Shown: piece after piece, positions 49,455 through 64,000 of the stretch
Position numbering within the stretch: position 1 is the stretch's first letter
How the letters are laid out: every line of letters starts with the position of its first letter
Assembly (NCBI GenBank): GCA_964016885.1
Contig: OZ024740.1
Span: forward strand, 98,022,001-98,086,000
Direction: 5' to 3'
Length of the DNA stretch: 64,000 nt
From: Eledone cirrhosa
Lineage: Eukaryota
Program-made: the position numbers and the translations under genes
The notes under the pieces: generated by a model
Database searches by the model: none
What the model was told of the DNA's origin: nothing
What the model saw: the letters and a program-made list of their open reading frames with translations, nothing else

Positions 49455-51372
49455 AGGGTTTCTCAACCTGGACAATTTAATTTGTTGGGTGGGCGACGAA
49501 CAACTGAAAAGAAAATGGCAGGCAATTGGAAATGTTGGTGGATGATATAGGATTTTGAGTATTAAGATAGTTCAACATATGCTACTCGAAAAAATATTCA
49601 AAGGAGATATGCAAAGAACCTGTATAAAACAAAACAAAAAATAACACAAAACGTCAGGCTAAATAGAAATAAGTGGGCCATATTCCAATGTTAGGGTCAC
49701 TGCTTCCGTTGCCGAAAGGAATAAAATCCGAAAATACCAGGAACTATCAAACAATATTATTTCCAACATGTGGCGTTCGAGACGATTGTTGGAGTTGGGT
49801 GCTGACAATGAAGTTTTTGTCGTCGTTAGCGCTCGCCTTACCGACGTGTCAGGTGATTTCCGTGCTGGCTTGCCTCTAAAAAGTCCGTTGCTCCGTGTGG
49901 TGTGCGGCCGATCAACGCACTAGGTAATGAATTGATGTTTGTTTTTGCTTTTGATTTCTTTTTTTTTCTTTTTCGTATATTTTGGTGTGTTGTATTTGTA
50001 AGATTCCTAGCAATAAATAATTATATGTATTATATGTGTTTATATTTGTATTTATATGTTCATTCTGAAAGTATTGGGAACAATTTGTAATGTTATTTAT
50101 AAAATTGTGAATAAGATATTAAATTAGATCTTTTTTTTCCTACAGCTATAAATATCCCTGCAAACAGGTAACATTTTGATATTTTCTATAGTTTTCAGAA
50201 GGGTTATTAACATTCAAATAGTTCTTCGAACGAACATTTCTTTTTCGGATATAAATAAGATAATGGAAGAGCGAGAACAACATTGCAAGTAAAATTAAAA
50301 TGAGACCTCAGGATAAACTTACCAACACCAACAACACCGTGGGATCACACATACAATTGACACAGGCAAAGAACTCTGACTTCATATTCTAGTCAAAGTG
50401 AGATGGATGACAATGCCAGATAAAATATGAGAATTCCAAGATAGGACCTGTTCATATTTCAATGTGCATGCTCATATAAACGGAAAACAACTTAAAGTTG
50501 TTAGATTGTATTGATTACAACGCTCTTGCGTTCTCGTATTTTGGGATTATTGAAAATGGACTTCGAGCAACTATATGACTTATTAAACGATAATTTTGTC
50601 ATCTGTTGCTCGTACCATTCTTTCATTGTAGTGTATGATTTTTAAACAACTCAATGTTTTCACTTAAGAAAATTTGTCGTGAACATAGCATTATTTATCT
50701 TATGAGTTTATCGCTTCTCAAAGCAGTCAACCAAACTTTAAACAATGAAACCTTTACGCTTAAAGTATCATTTATATTCTAAGCATGCTGACCAGCAGGA
50801 AAAGCCTTTGTCATATTTCTTCCAAATGAAGAACTCATTTGAAAAGCGGAAAACATTGATTTCGGAATTTCAGGAAGCAACCACGCAACGAGAAAAATTA
50901 TGATTGCCTCGTACAACTTTGCGTTATTGGTCGCAAAGGTCGGTAAGTCGTACACTATAGGAGAAACGTTATTTCAACCTGTTATTGAATAAGTTCTCTC
51001 GACGGTAATATATAAAAAATCTGACACAATTATCAAAGCTTAGTAATAATACAATTTCTCAACGTATAGATGAAATGGCTACCAACGCCAAACAACAACT
51101 CATCCATAAATCCCCGGCGTTATGAATTTTCCATACACGTTGACGTAACAACAGTTGTAAGAAGCCAATGCTTGATGTTGGTGGAAATTCTCTTTTTTAA
51201 ATGAAAATATTCAATCCTGTGTGATGCTGTTCACTGATCAATAGTTGCTGCACTCAAAAGGTAAGACTATATTAGATTTATTGAAGCAATTTTTTAATGA
51301 GTATAATATTCCATTAAACAATATTGTTGCTTGTGTATCTCATGGAGAGCCTGATATGGTAGGTAGATATGT
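49455..51372 (+). mobile_element. Decayed hAT (Buster/Charlie-type) DNA transposon
   Basis: TIR-like CAGGGTTTCTCAAC at 49455. Coding remnants at 50690-51372: ASYNFALLVAKVGKSYTIGETL, LSNNTISQRIDEMA, EFSIHVD, IPLNNIVAC..GEPDMVGRY. Only the coding part is well supported. Confidence 0.75.
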
Positions 51373-51699
51373 AGCGAAATACTGGCTGTTATTCTCTTTC
51401 TCTCGATTGGTGTCAGTGGTTTGGAGAGACAGGCCAACTTGAAGTTAAATGAGATAAGTTTATCTTTGTGTCAGTTGACTCTGGTTCCTCGGAAGAGAAG
51501 CATAATTTCGACCTGCTCAAGCAAGTAGCTAGATGTAGTGTATAGCACAACGCTTCCTTGCCACTGTGAGCTTACTAATACCTATGTTGGTGCGTACTGT
51601 CTGAATACAACTTTTCACTTTACACATAGGCGGTGGAAAAATTTCCATGTGAATGTGAGCGATGATGCAAATAGTGAAATGGATATGATGTGGAATATA

Positions 51700-52470
51700 A
51701 GATCTAAATGGATATAATGTGGAATATAGGATCTAAAAATAGATTGAATAGATTAAAGATTATAAAAATAATTAATGTATATGATTTTTCCACGCTGTAC
51801 ACAGGTTTGAAACTGGATTCAGTTAAAAATAAGGTTAGTAATATAGACCTGGTTGTCGGTAATAAATTCAGGGATATTTCCTTCAAGAGCGACAAGGGAG
51901 TCATGTCTAGAGTAAGGTACAGTGAATACGCTTATTGGACAAAGGTTAAGCGCACGTAGGAGGTCCAGTGGATAGTTCTTAAGTTATATTAGCAGCTAAT
52001 GTTTTCAGGCAGGTAAGAGGCATACCAATGGGCGGAAAATGTAACTCGCTCCTTGCGGATATATATTTATCCACCTTGTGTTTGATTTTCTAGAGGGTTT
52101 AAAAAAGCTTAACTAAATAAGCTTAATTAGGCAGTTGGGTGGATGTTGTAGGTATGTCGATGATATAGTTGATCCTAATTTTAGGCATTTCAAGTGTTTG
52201 CTACACAAGATCCACCCAAAGAAAGTAGAGCTGAGTAGAAATGGATGTGACATTAGCGATATTAATTATTTAGACGTCATTATCGAAACAGAAGGCAAGG
52301 TGATAGTTACAAAGACTAAGGATTTTAGCTTTAATGTTGTTTGGATGTGCGCCAATATCCTTAGGATACACGCGTTTTTAATCCAAGTTATATGCTATAG
52401 TAAAATAAGTAGCCAGATGAATGTTTTCACGGAGGAAGGACAGGGATACAAAGAGAAATTTAAAATATGA
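51700..52470 (+). pseudogene. Decayed Penelope-like RT of the DFSTLYT type (Naiad/Hydra-like by recollection)
   Basis: VYDFSTLYT, FRQVRGIPMGG..SLLADIYL, RYVDDI and NYLDV occur in order across frameshifts. Confidence 0.75.
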
Positions 52471-53216
52471 CTTTTTCATAGTTGCTTTGGTGCTAAGAGG
52501 GAGATTTATACCTTTTGCGTCGCCTTTTGTTAATAACATTTTCTGATATCATATTTATATTTTTCATTATGAATTCATTTCAATTATTTCTTAATAAATT
52601 TGATTTTTTTCTTTATTCTTATTTTAGATTTTAGTTTATGGCGTAGGAATTAGTTTTCTTGTATTCTTCGTCATATAATCGTTTCGGTCTTTTTTTAATA
52701 GCTTGGTATTTTGTTTAATCTTAATTATGTTTTACATTCGAGTATGCGTATTATGTTTATTCGAAACCTGGGGTTACCGATACATGACATCAAGTCATCT
52801 TGGAGGAATTGGTTGAGGCTTTAAGGGAGAGGGTAGAGAAAGGCCTATTACGTAATAGGGTTGTAATTACTGCAAGTAATAATGAATATTGTTTAATGTC
52901 TATTCTTATACAGAAATTGCCTAATTTGATGGCTGTAGCTTGAAAGGGTACACCTCCTCTATATTCATATTCTGATCGGGTTAGGGTTTTGAATATATGG
53001 ATGATATTTGAAGTAGGTATTATGGGATATGCCTTAGCTCTAATAAAGACATTTAGTTCATGACTAGACCACCCATGACCAGTCGGGTCACGTCACTTTA
53101 AAATTATTTGTTGAAAATCATGTACATTTAAAAACATAAATTAATTAATTAAAATATACACAGACATGGATATATATTTATACATATACACACATATTTC
53201 ATTCAACAACACCACC

Positions 53217-53219
<3 letters not shown>

Positions 53220-53290
<71 letters not shown>
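53220..53290. repeat. (CT)n microsatellite
   Basis: Direct reading of the sequence. Confidence 0.97.
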
Positions 53291-53291
<1 letters not shown>

Positions 53292-53789
53292 CCACCTTCC
53301 ATCTGCCTCCTCTTTATTTCATTCTACACTCTCACAACTACTATATATTTCTCTTTATATTTCTCTCTCTCTATTTATGAAGCTACCCGGAAAAACCTCG
53401 TATCTCGGGAACTCTTGCTCTGATTTATGCGAAACTTCTTTTATCCCTTTTGTATTCCCATTTCAGGGGCAACTTCCTTTCAAAGTATTTTCCAATCGTG
53501 TGCCCTTTTGGCCGTATTTGATTACAGACAAGCACACAATCACAAAGATTTAGTAGTATATAGATATATAATATAGATAGATTCAAAATAAACGAACACC
53601 ACATTACCACCACCACTACCACATCACCACCACCACCCTCTACCAAGTCATTTTAAACTCCTAGCAAATAATTCAACAAAAGCACACTACGAAAAATAAA
53701 GACATATCTCCCCTATACCACAGGAATTCAAACGGTGGGGGAGGGGATGAAGAACTTTGTCGTTTTTACAGATGAACACATTTGTTGTT

Positions 53790-54370
53790 TCAAAGTAAAA
53801 ATATCGTAGTGGGATATAGAGAGCTGAAGAGAATTTGTTGGTTTAGTGAGAGTGTATTGTGAGAGAAAGAGAGATTGTGTGAGGTATGTAGTGGAATAAA
53901 GAGAGTGGGAGAGAATGTGTTGGTCAAGTGAGAGAGGAGGAATTGAGAGAGAGGTGGAGGTATGTAGTGGAATATAGAAAGCGGGAGAGAATTAGTTGCT
54001 TTAATGAGAGAAGGGGATTAAAAGAGTGAGTTAGGTAGTGGAATATAGAGAAGGGGAGAGAAACTGGTGGTTTAGTGAGAGTGTGAGGTATGTAATAGGT
54101 TTTAAAGAGGGGAGGGAGATTATTGGCCTATTGAGAGAGGGGATATCGTGAGAGACAGTGAGATATGTAGCTGAATATACTGAGCGAGAGAGATGTGTTA
54201 GTTTAGTGAGAGTGTGAGATATGTAATGGAATCTAGACAGTGGGAGAGAGATTATGGGCCTAGTGAGAGAGGGGGGCATTATGATAGAGAGTGAAGTGCG
54301 TAGTAGAATATAGAGAGGGGAAGGGAATTAGGTGATCTAGTGAAAGAGGGGTACTATTTTGAGAGAGAGT
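53790..54370. repeat. Degenerate purine-rich minisatellite
   Basis: Recurring GTAGTGGAATATAGAGAG...TTAGTGAGAG motif, about 9 units of ~50-75 bp. Confidence 0.75.
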
Positions 54371-54575
54371 AACAAAATCATTGAAGAAAGGAAACATTAT
54401 TTTTATGTTAGGTTTCACAGTAAACTGGCTGTATATATGAGTGTATACATATGTGTGTGTGTGTGTGTTTATATATCCGCGTGTGTGTTTATATGTGTTT
54501 GTGTGTTTATGTGTATATGTGTGTTTGTGCCTGTGTACTTGTATATGTGTGTGTGTCTTTGTATATATATGTGTT

Positions 54576-54628
<53 letters not shown>

Positions 54629-54641
54629 ATATATATGTGTG

Positions 54642-54725
<84 letters not shown>

Positions 54726-54847
54726 AATATTCATATATACATCACGAGTCAGGCTAGATCGATACAAATGGTACATTGAGTTGATCAATAGTGAAACGCA
54801 CGTCACTACCTAATAAACGTATTGATGACATAACAACTCGTCCAATT

Positions 54848-54883
<36 letters not shown>

Positions 54884-56344
54884 TCTTTTACTCTTTTACC
54901 TGTTTCAGCCATCCGGCTGAGGCCATGCTGGGGCAATGCGTGTGTGTGTACGGAAAAGTTTGTTTTGTTAAAAACAGGAGTAAGCAGTAGAAAGCTCTCA
55001 GCAATCGTTGTTTTAGTTACGATGGAGAATTTTATAATTATAATGAAATAACATGCTGAGGTTAGATATATGGTTTAATCATAATAGTTATTTCTACGGT
55101 TCTGCATGCAATCGAGATGTCCTTCATGGATTTGCTGTTGAATATGAGAACGGTATCCTCTGATGAAGATCGATATATTTGATATGAAGCTGACAGGAAA
55201 ACATACATCATAATGCCTGTGCGCCCAGCATTCATATCAGTTTGTTAGAAAAAGCTATCACCGAAAATAGACGAAAGGAATGAAGAACTCTGTGTAACCA
55301 AAACCCAGTAGACAGCTGAAGGAACACAAGGAGCTCTGAGGGGGGTGAGGTATACATTTAGTTGACGACCACCTTTAGTCAACAACAACAACAACGACAA
55401 CAACAACTACAACAACAATGACAATAACATCAAACCGCCGACCAAAGTTATCCACACTGGTCGCAATAGTCGTGATGATACCATCAACCTATTGACAACA
55501 ACAGCTACAGTAAAAACACTTACAACGACAACAAACGACAACAACAGTAAAAACACTGACCAGCGTCGTATATACAGGTCGTAGTCGTCGCAGTGGCGGT
55601 ACCACCCTGTTGACCGTAAACAACAATAACACCAAAGGAGTTTAGAGGTAGGTGGGTACACAGAGTTGGTGGTATCAATCACCATGACCAAAACAGTAAC
55701 AACAACCACAACAAACACCAAAACCGCCCATCACCCATCCCGTTCGTCGCAGTAGTGGTGGTATCAACTATGTCAGTATTAAGCCATTGGTAACACCAAT
55801 AACAACAACAAGACCAGCGATGACCCCACCACGGCGACGGCGGCAACAGGAAAAAAGCCACGCTTCCATGAAAATTAAACTAACCACAATAGTAGTCCGT
55901 TGAAACAAGGAGGTGAAAATGGGATAGAAAACATAGATGGTATTTATATATATAAAAACATTCCCAGATAATACAATCCTCCTCTATCATTGGAAGGCAC
56001 AAGGCCCGCAATGATCATAGCATTCAGTCCCAACCACAGTGGCAACAATACTATCAAAAGGCCTACTGTTAGGCCATGGAAGAGAGTTACGGGAAGCGAA
56101 AGTTTGAACAGGAACAAATAGAAGAAATGAGAACACATAAAGAGAACACAATAATAAAGGAACGGGACGAAATACATAAAAAAAACAGCAGTAGGTATAT
56201 AAACAGAGGAATAGGGAACAAAGGAAAGAAACAAGTATACAGGTGTGCAAACAAGATATCTTAGGCTCGCCAGACGCTGGGGTTGCCGCGAGGCTATGCC
56301 CGGCTTCCACGGTCAAGATTGCAAAAGTGTTCAACTAGCACCAC

Positions 56345-58998
56345 TACGTTGCTAGTCTGTACAGTTTCAGGAAGCTTCCAGAAGATCTGTGGAGGGAGGT
56401 GCTGAAGAGGTTACTCCTTTTATTGATAACTCGAGCCCCCTCTTGATTATTTCCATAATCTCGGTGGCACACAGATTGCACGAGTCATGTCCACCCTCTC
56501 CGTAGGGTTGAACCAATGCTACCTTGGATCACGACATCGTGAATTCTACGTTATCCCGTTTGAGACGCCACACTAGTTGCGAGAGGGCGGTGCTGTGCTT
56601 CTTATCCGCCCTTCTAAAGGTGTGGCAGCGATTGTTACAGCGTTCATTAAACTTATTAGCCGTGGCTCCGATATAGGTGAAGGCATGGTTGCTGGTATTC
56701 ACTCTACATTCATATACTAAGCCACTGCCGAAGCACCTACCCTCTAGGGGCAGCTAGTGGGGTTTTTACAATTACAACCGGAGGGGTGTTGTCACCTGTA
56801 TCACCGGAACGCGTTGTGTGATTTCCCGGTCGTTCACGGTCCAAGGCGTTACCAAACAGAGGAAGAGGTATTTGCGCGTTGCGTCTTCTCACAGTTGCTG
56901 TTTCCCCTGGAGTTGCGGACGTTTTTTAATCTACTACGGTTCAAGGCTTCTATGTTTTGTGGTAGGTTTCTAGTTGTGGAGTAGGACAATTTAACCGTGT
57001 GCCTGTTGAAGATGGCGTGTTACCGGTGTTGCTTATGGAAGTGCTTATCCAAATCCCTGATGAAAGAGGCCGCTATGATGTTGCGTAAACCGGCGTAAAA
57101 AGGAGGGGGGGGATTATACCAAATGACATTACAGGAACGGGTTCGCTTCTTGTTGTAGTCACCAGTCCCTGCACCCGTTCCGTCAGAGTATGTATTATGT
57201 ATACGCTGTGGTGGTCCGGAATAGCCATGGCCCCCAATTCGTCGCTGCCTGCTGGGCTGGTTACGCCGTTCGGAGCATCCCGCGCTGAGTGGTCCCCGCT
57301 CATAGCGAGGGATGCGTTTACTACCTTCCACGCTCATTTCCGGGCCCATACATGTCCCCCGCGGCTCCACCGTGTCGGCTTCACTGCTTTCCAAAGTAGG
57401 CGAGGTCCGGTCTCTTCCTGGTGAGCCATGGTTAGCAGTTCGTCCAGGATTACTCAGTGGTGTTGTATCAGGGACGAGCAATGAAGTCGTAGTCGTGTTG
57501 ATCCCGTCGTTGATTCCCACTGAAGTGTTACTGTCAGCGGTACCGTAATTCATTAGACTAGGTATAAACTTAATTCCTTCCTTGTACCCAGCATTACTAA
57601 GGGTATGAGTGTAGTAGCTAGCTACGCTATTGAGGGTTTCCTGGCTAGCTGACAGAGAAGAAATCCTACGGGATACGCTATTAACAATGGCCCTCCTGAC
57701 TGACCCTGGATGGTTGGAGTTGGCATTCACGTATTTGAGGCACTCATTTGGCTTCTGGTACGGGTAGTCGAGACCGGACTCTAGATTGAGTGTAAGATCT
57801 AGGAAGTTGACTACCTTTCTATTATTTTCTATGTCTATGCCGAGGCCTTGGTGTTTGAAAAATGTAATCAGGTTCTTTCTAGTTATATTCATCATGCTGT
57901 TGCTGTGGTTGAGTAGCGTAAACAACGCATCGTCGTGGTATATTCCACCGCCTAACGAAGGGATCTCCCTTTTCAGGTCACTGAGGATATAGAGGCCCAC
58001 CAGGTCAGTAACCTGCGCCGAGTCGCTCGATCCCATCGTGATGTCAAAATTGTCCGGCCACTCTCTCCTAGTCCAGAGCTCACCGTCGAAACCTATCAGT
58101 ATATTCCTGGCAGTATGGATGATGTTAATGTCATCCCTGTTTAAATCAGTATGCCTGCGTGTAAACATAAGTGCCTTGTTAAGAACCACCGGCGATATGG
58201 ATACATAATAGTTACATATATCAAGCTGTATAAAATTTGTCCTACCTTTGCACTGCAGGCCGTTAAACCACTGAATCACTCCCCCTGTTCTGGACCATTG
58301 CTGTAATTGGATCATTTTTCTAAGATTTGGTACGATTCTGTCCAGTATTTTCTTGCTAATACACCCAATGTCAGACTTTGATGGTACTATAGGTCTGACT
58401 GGGATTTCCGTTCCGAAGTTCGGTTTGTGATCCTTCAGCAAGATACGGGGTTCATTGAGTTAGTAAGGCCCGGTCCTATCCGCAATGCTGAGTTTATTCA
58501 CTATTCTACTAGTCCGCTCGTTAATGTCGTCAAGGTTAGCCTGTGTAGTTTTTCTATAATTCTTTCTAAGTTCCTTAAGTATTAGTTTTCTATAAGTTGT
58601 CACATCCAAGTTGTAGAGGTTACCCATTTTATTCGCATGAACGAGAATTCCGCCTGAGCGTTTTAGTGCAGAAATCCTATTGGTCAGTGTTTGAGGTGAG
58701 GTTACTCCTTCGATGGGAACCTGTTGAATTTGATGTCTGAAATAATATTGGCCATCTCTTTCTCAAAGCCCTCCATAAGTTTGTTTTGCGGTGGGTTTTT
58801 TCTAGATTTGAAACCTAACGTAGAGTCCGGGCTGCCAGTGTTCACATTATTCGTAGGGGTTTTCCTGTCGCAGTGGAAGGCCTTCCATCGCATTCTGCGT
58901 ATAAACGAGTCTTCTTTAGGGATTAGCTGTCTGGTGTACTCCTTTTTGCTTGGCAAGGGAATGTCCTTCGGGGACTCGGAGATGTTAGAAAATTGCAT
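56345..58998 (-). pseudogene. PLE polyprotein (RT + GIY-YIG), a few stops and frameshifts
   Basis: KDIPLPSKKEY..FIRRMRWKAF, LKDHKPNF..RPI.PSKS, QLDICNYY, MGSSDSA, IYHDD, VNFLDLTL, SNHP, WYNPP, CNC....CPLEGRC and LVY...YIG. Confidence 0.92.
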
Positions 58999-61258
58999 CC
59001 TATTTTCAGCCGCTTATTCTCAAAGTGCTCAACAGTGCTGGAGCTGTATGTGTTCGGAAAAGTTTGTTTTGGTAAAAACAGGAGTAAGCAGGAGAAAGCT
59101 CTCAACAATCGTTGTTTTAGTTACGATGGAGAATTTTATAAAAATAATAAAATAATATGCTGAGGTTACATATATCGTTTAATCATAATAATTATTTCTA
59201 CGGTTCTCCATGCAATCGAGATGTCCTTCATGGATTTGCTGTTGAATATGAGAACGGTTTCCTAAGATGAAGATCGATATATTTGATATGCCGCTGGCAG
59301 GAAAATACACATCCTAATGCCTGTGCGCCCAACATACATATGAGTTCCTTGAAGAGTTTGCCAGCCGTCGCGTTTGTTAGAAAAAGCTATGACTGCAAAA
59401 GGACGAAAAGAACGAACAACCGTGTGCAACCAAAACCCAGTAGACAGTTGAAGGAACACAAGGAGCTATGAGGGGGGGGGGGGGTATACATTTAGTTGAC
59501 GACCACCTATAGTCAACAACAACAATGACAATAACATCAAACCGCCGACCAAAGTTATCCACACTGTTCGCAATAGTCGTGCTGTTACCATCACCCTATT
59601 GACAACAACAACTAAAACAACAGCTACAGTAAAAACACTTACAACGACAACAACAGCAAAAGCATGCCATCACCTGTATCGGAGCTACGGCTAATAAGTT
59701 TAAAGAACGCTGGTACAATCACGGCCACACTTATAGAAGGGCGGTTAAAAAGCACAGCACCGCCCTCTCGGAACTAGTGTGGCGTCTCAAACGGGATAAC
59801 GTAGAATACACCATGTCGTGGTCCAAGGTAGCATCGGCTCAACCCTACAGAGAGGGTGGACATGACTCGTGCGATTTGTGTGCCACCGAGATTATGGAAA
59901 TAATCAAGAGGGGAGCTCGAGTTATCAATAAAAGGAGTAACCTCTTCAGCACCTGCCTCCACAGATCTTCTGGAACCTTCCTCAAACTGTACGGGCTAGC
60001 AACGTAGTGGTGTTAGTTGAATACTTTTGCAATCTTCTCCGTGGAAGCCGGGCATAGCCTCGTGGCAACCCCAGCGTCTGGCAAAACTTGGATATCTTGT
60101 TTGCACACCTGGAGACTCTATGTATACTTGTTTCTTATCCTTTGTTCCCTATTCCTCTGTTTATATACCTACTGCTGTTTTTTTAATGTATTTTGTCCCG
60201 TTCCTTTATTATTGTGTTCTCTTTATGTGTTCTCATTTCTTCTATTTGTTCCTGTTCAAACTTTCGCTTCCCGTAACTCTCTTCCATGGCCTAACAGTAG
60301 GCCTTTTGATAGTATTGTTGCCACTGTGGTTGGGACTGAATGCTATGATCATTGCGGGCCTTGTGCCTTCCAATGATAGAGGAGGATTGTATTAACTAGG
60401 AATGTTTTTATATATATAAATACCCATATATGTTTTCTATCCCATTTTCACCTCCTTGTTTCAACGGACTACTATTGTGGTTAGTTTAATTTTCATGGAA
60501 GCGTGGCTTTTTTCCTGTTGCCGCCGTCGCCGTGGTGGGGTCATCGCTGGTCTTGTTGTTGTTATTGGTGTTACCAATGGCTTAATACTGACATAGTTGA
60601 TACCACCACTACTGCGACGAACGGGATAGGTGATAGGCGGTGTTGGTGTTTGTTGTCATTGTTGTTGTTACTGTTTATTGTCATGGTGATTGATACCACC
60701 AACTCTGTGTACCCACCTACCTCTAAACTCCTTTTTATTGCTTTGGTGTTATCGCTGTTTACGGTCAACAGGGTGGTACGGCCACTACGACGACTACGAC
60801 CTGTATACACGACGCTGGTCTGTGTTTTTGGTGTTGTTGTCGTTTGTTGCTGTTGTCGTTGTAAGTGTTTTTACTGTAGCTGTTGTTTTAGTTGTTGTTG
60901 TCAATATGTTGATGGTATCAGCACGACTATTGCGACCAGTGTGAATAACTTTGGTCGGCGGTTTGATGTTATTGTCATTGTTGTTGTTGTAGTTGTCGTT
61001 GTCGTTGTTGTTGTTGGCTATAGCTGGTTGTCAACTAAATGTATACCCCACCCCACCCTCAGAGCTCCTTGTGTTCCTTCAACTGTCTACTGGGTTTTGG
61101 TTGCACACGGTTGTTCGTTCCTTTCTTTCTTTTTCGGTTATAACATTTTCTAACAAACGCGACGGCTGGCAACCCTTCAAGGAACTCATATGTATGCTGG
61201 GCGCACAGGCATTAGAATGTGTGTTTTCCTGCCAGCTTCATATTAAATATATCGATCT

Positions 61259-61347
61259 TCATCTGAGGAAACCGTTCTCATTTATCAACAGCAAATGCAT
61301 GAAGGACATCACGATTGCATGGAGAACCGTAGAAATATTTATTATGA
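61259..61347 (+). ncRNA. Type-I hammerhead motif of the 55-61 kb PLE (other copies 55079-55166 and 59183-59270, minus)
   Basis: TCAT-CTGAGGA-AAC(C)GTTCTC...GAGAAC(C)GTA-GAA-ATATTTAT-T-ATGA. The 59.2 kb copy has the palindromic stem III ATAATTAT. Confidence 0.7.
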
Positions 61348-61499
61348 TTAAACGATATATATAACCTCAGCATCTTATTTTATTATTTATATATATATAT
61401 ATATACATTTTGAGTATATGTTGGTTGTATACCAACACATCAGAATGCATATTGTGCACTCGACGCAGTGCACAGGGTGTTTTGGTTACGCCGGAGTAA

Positions 61500-64000
<2,501 letters not shown>

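Larger units (their letters stand above)
54937..61390 (-). mobile_element. Near full-length Penelope-like element (Nematis-like signatures) with a partial upstream pLTR and an inverted 3' copy
   Basis: Minus strand: partial pLTR 59658->59035, ORF region 58998->56345, 3' UTR/pLTR 56345->54937. Plus-strand 59672-61390 repeats the GIY-YIG end and pLTR in inverted orientation. Confidence 0.92.

Noticed and set aside
51700-52470. Selenocysteine recoding as described for some Naiad PLEs
   Set aside because: The interruptions are TAG/TAA stops and frameshifts, which indicates ordinary decay.
53790-54370. Repeat-spacer-like periodicity (CRISPR?)
   Set aside because: Units are degenerate, the spacers resemble each other, there are no cas genes and the context is eukaryotic. 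It is a minisatellite. The same applies to the 69-bp repeat at 26335-26620.
55158-55200. Plus-strand CTGATGA as a separate hammerhead
   Set aside because: It is created by a point mutation in the minus-strand ribozyme copy and is absent from the two other pLTR copies.
60503-61153. 216-aa Cys/Val-rich ORF and related ORFs in the pLTRs
   Set aside because: They arise from (GTT)n low-complexity sequence, and the frame is not kept between pLTR copies.

Overview
This is AT-rich, microsatellite-dense eukaryotic DNA with no recognisable host gene. The repeat content resembles a coleoid cephalopod (octopus-like) genome, but that is an inference. The window is almost entirely transposon-derived. (i) RTE-clade LINEs, one with an open 690-aa RT ORF at 3711-5783 carrying a C4HC3 PHD-like finger inside the RT, plus tRNA-headed SINEs that share the RTE 3' UTR. 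(ii) A decayed autonomous Helitron (about 21.9-28.5 kb, minus) and a complete non-autonomous Helitron (10935-11669). (iii) Remnants of a hAT/Buster transposase and of a Tx1/L1-type LINE. (iv) Many Penelope-like element (PLE) pieces, including a near full-length RT+GIY-YIG copy at 54.9-61.4 kb. The most striking signal is not in the ORF track: about ten sequence-unrelated repeat families each carry a minimal type-I hammerhead ribozyme motif (stem I-CUGANGA-stem II-GAA-short, often palindromic stem III-H-stem I'). Many sit in fold-back insertions whose two 3' ends point outward, usually toward (TA)n tracts. Several share a pyrimidine-pyrimidine mismatch at the 4th position of stem II. All calls were made by eye and boundaries are approximate.
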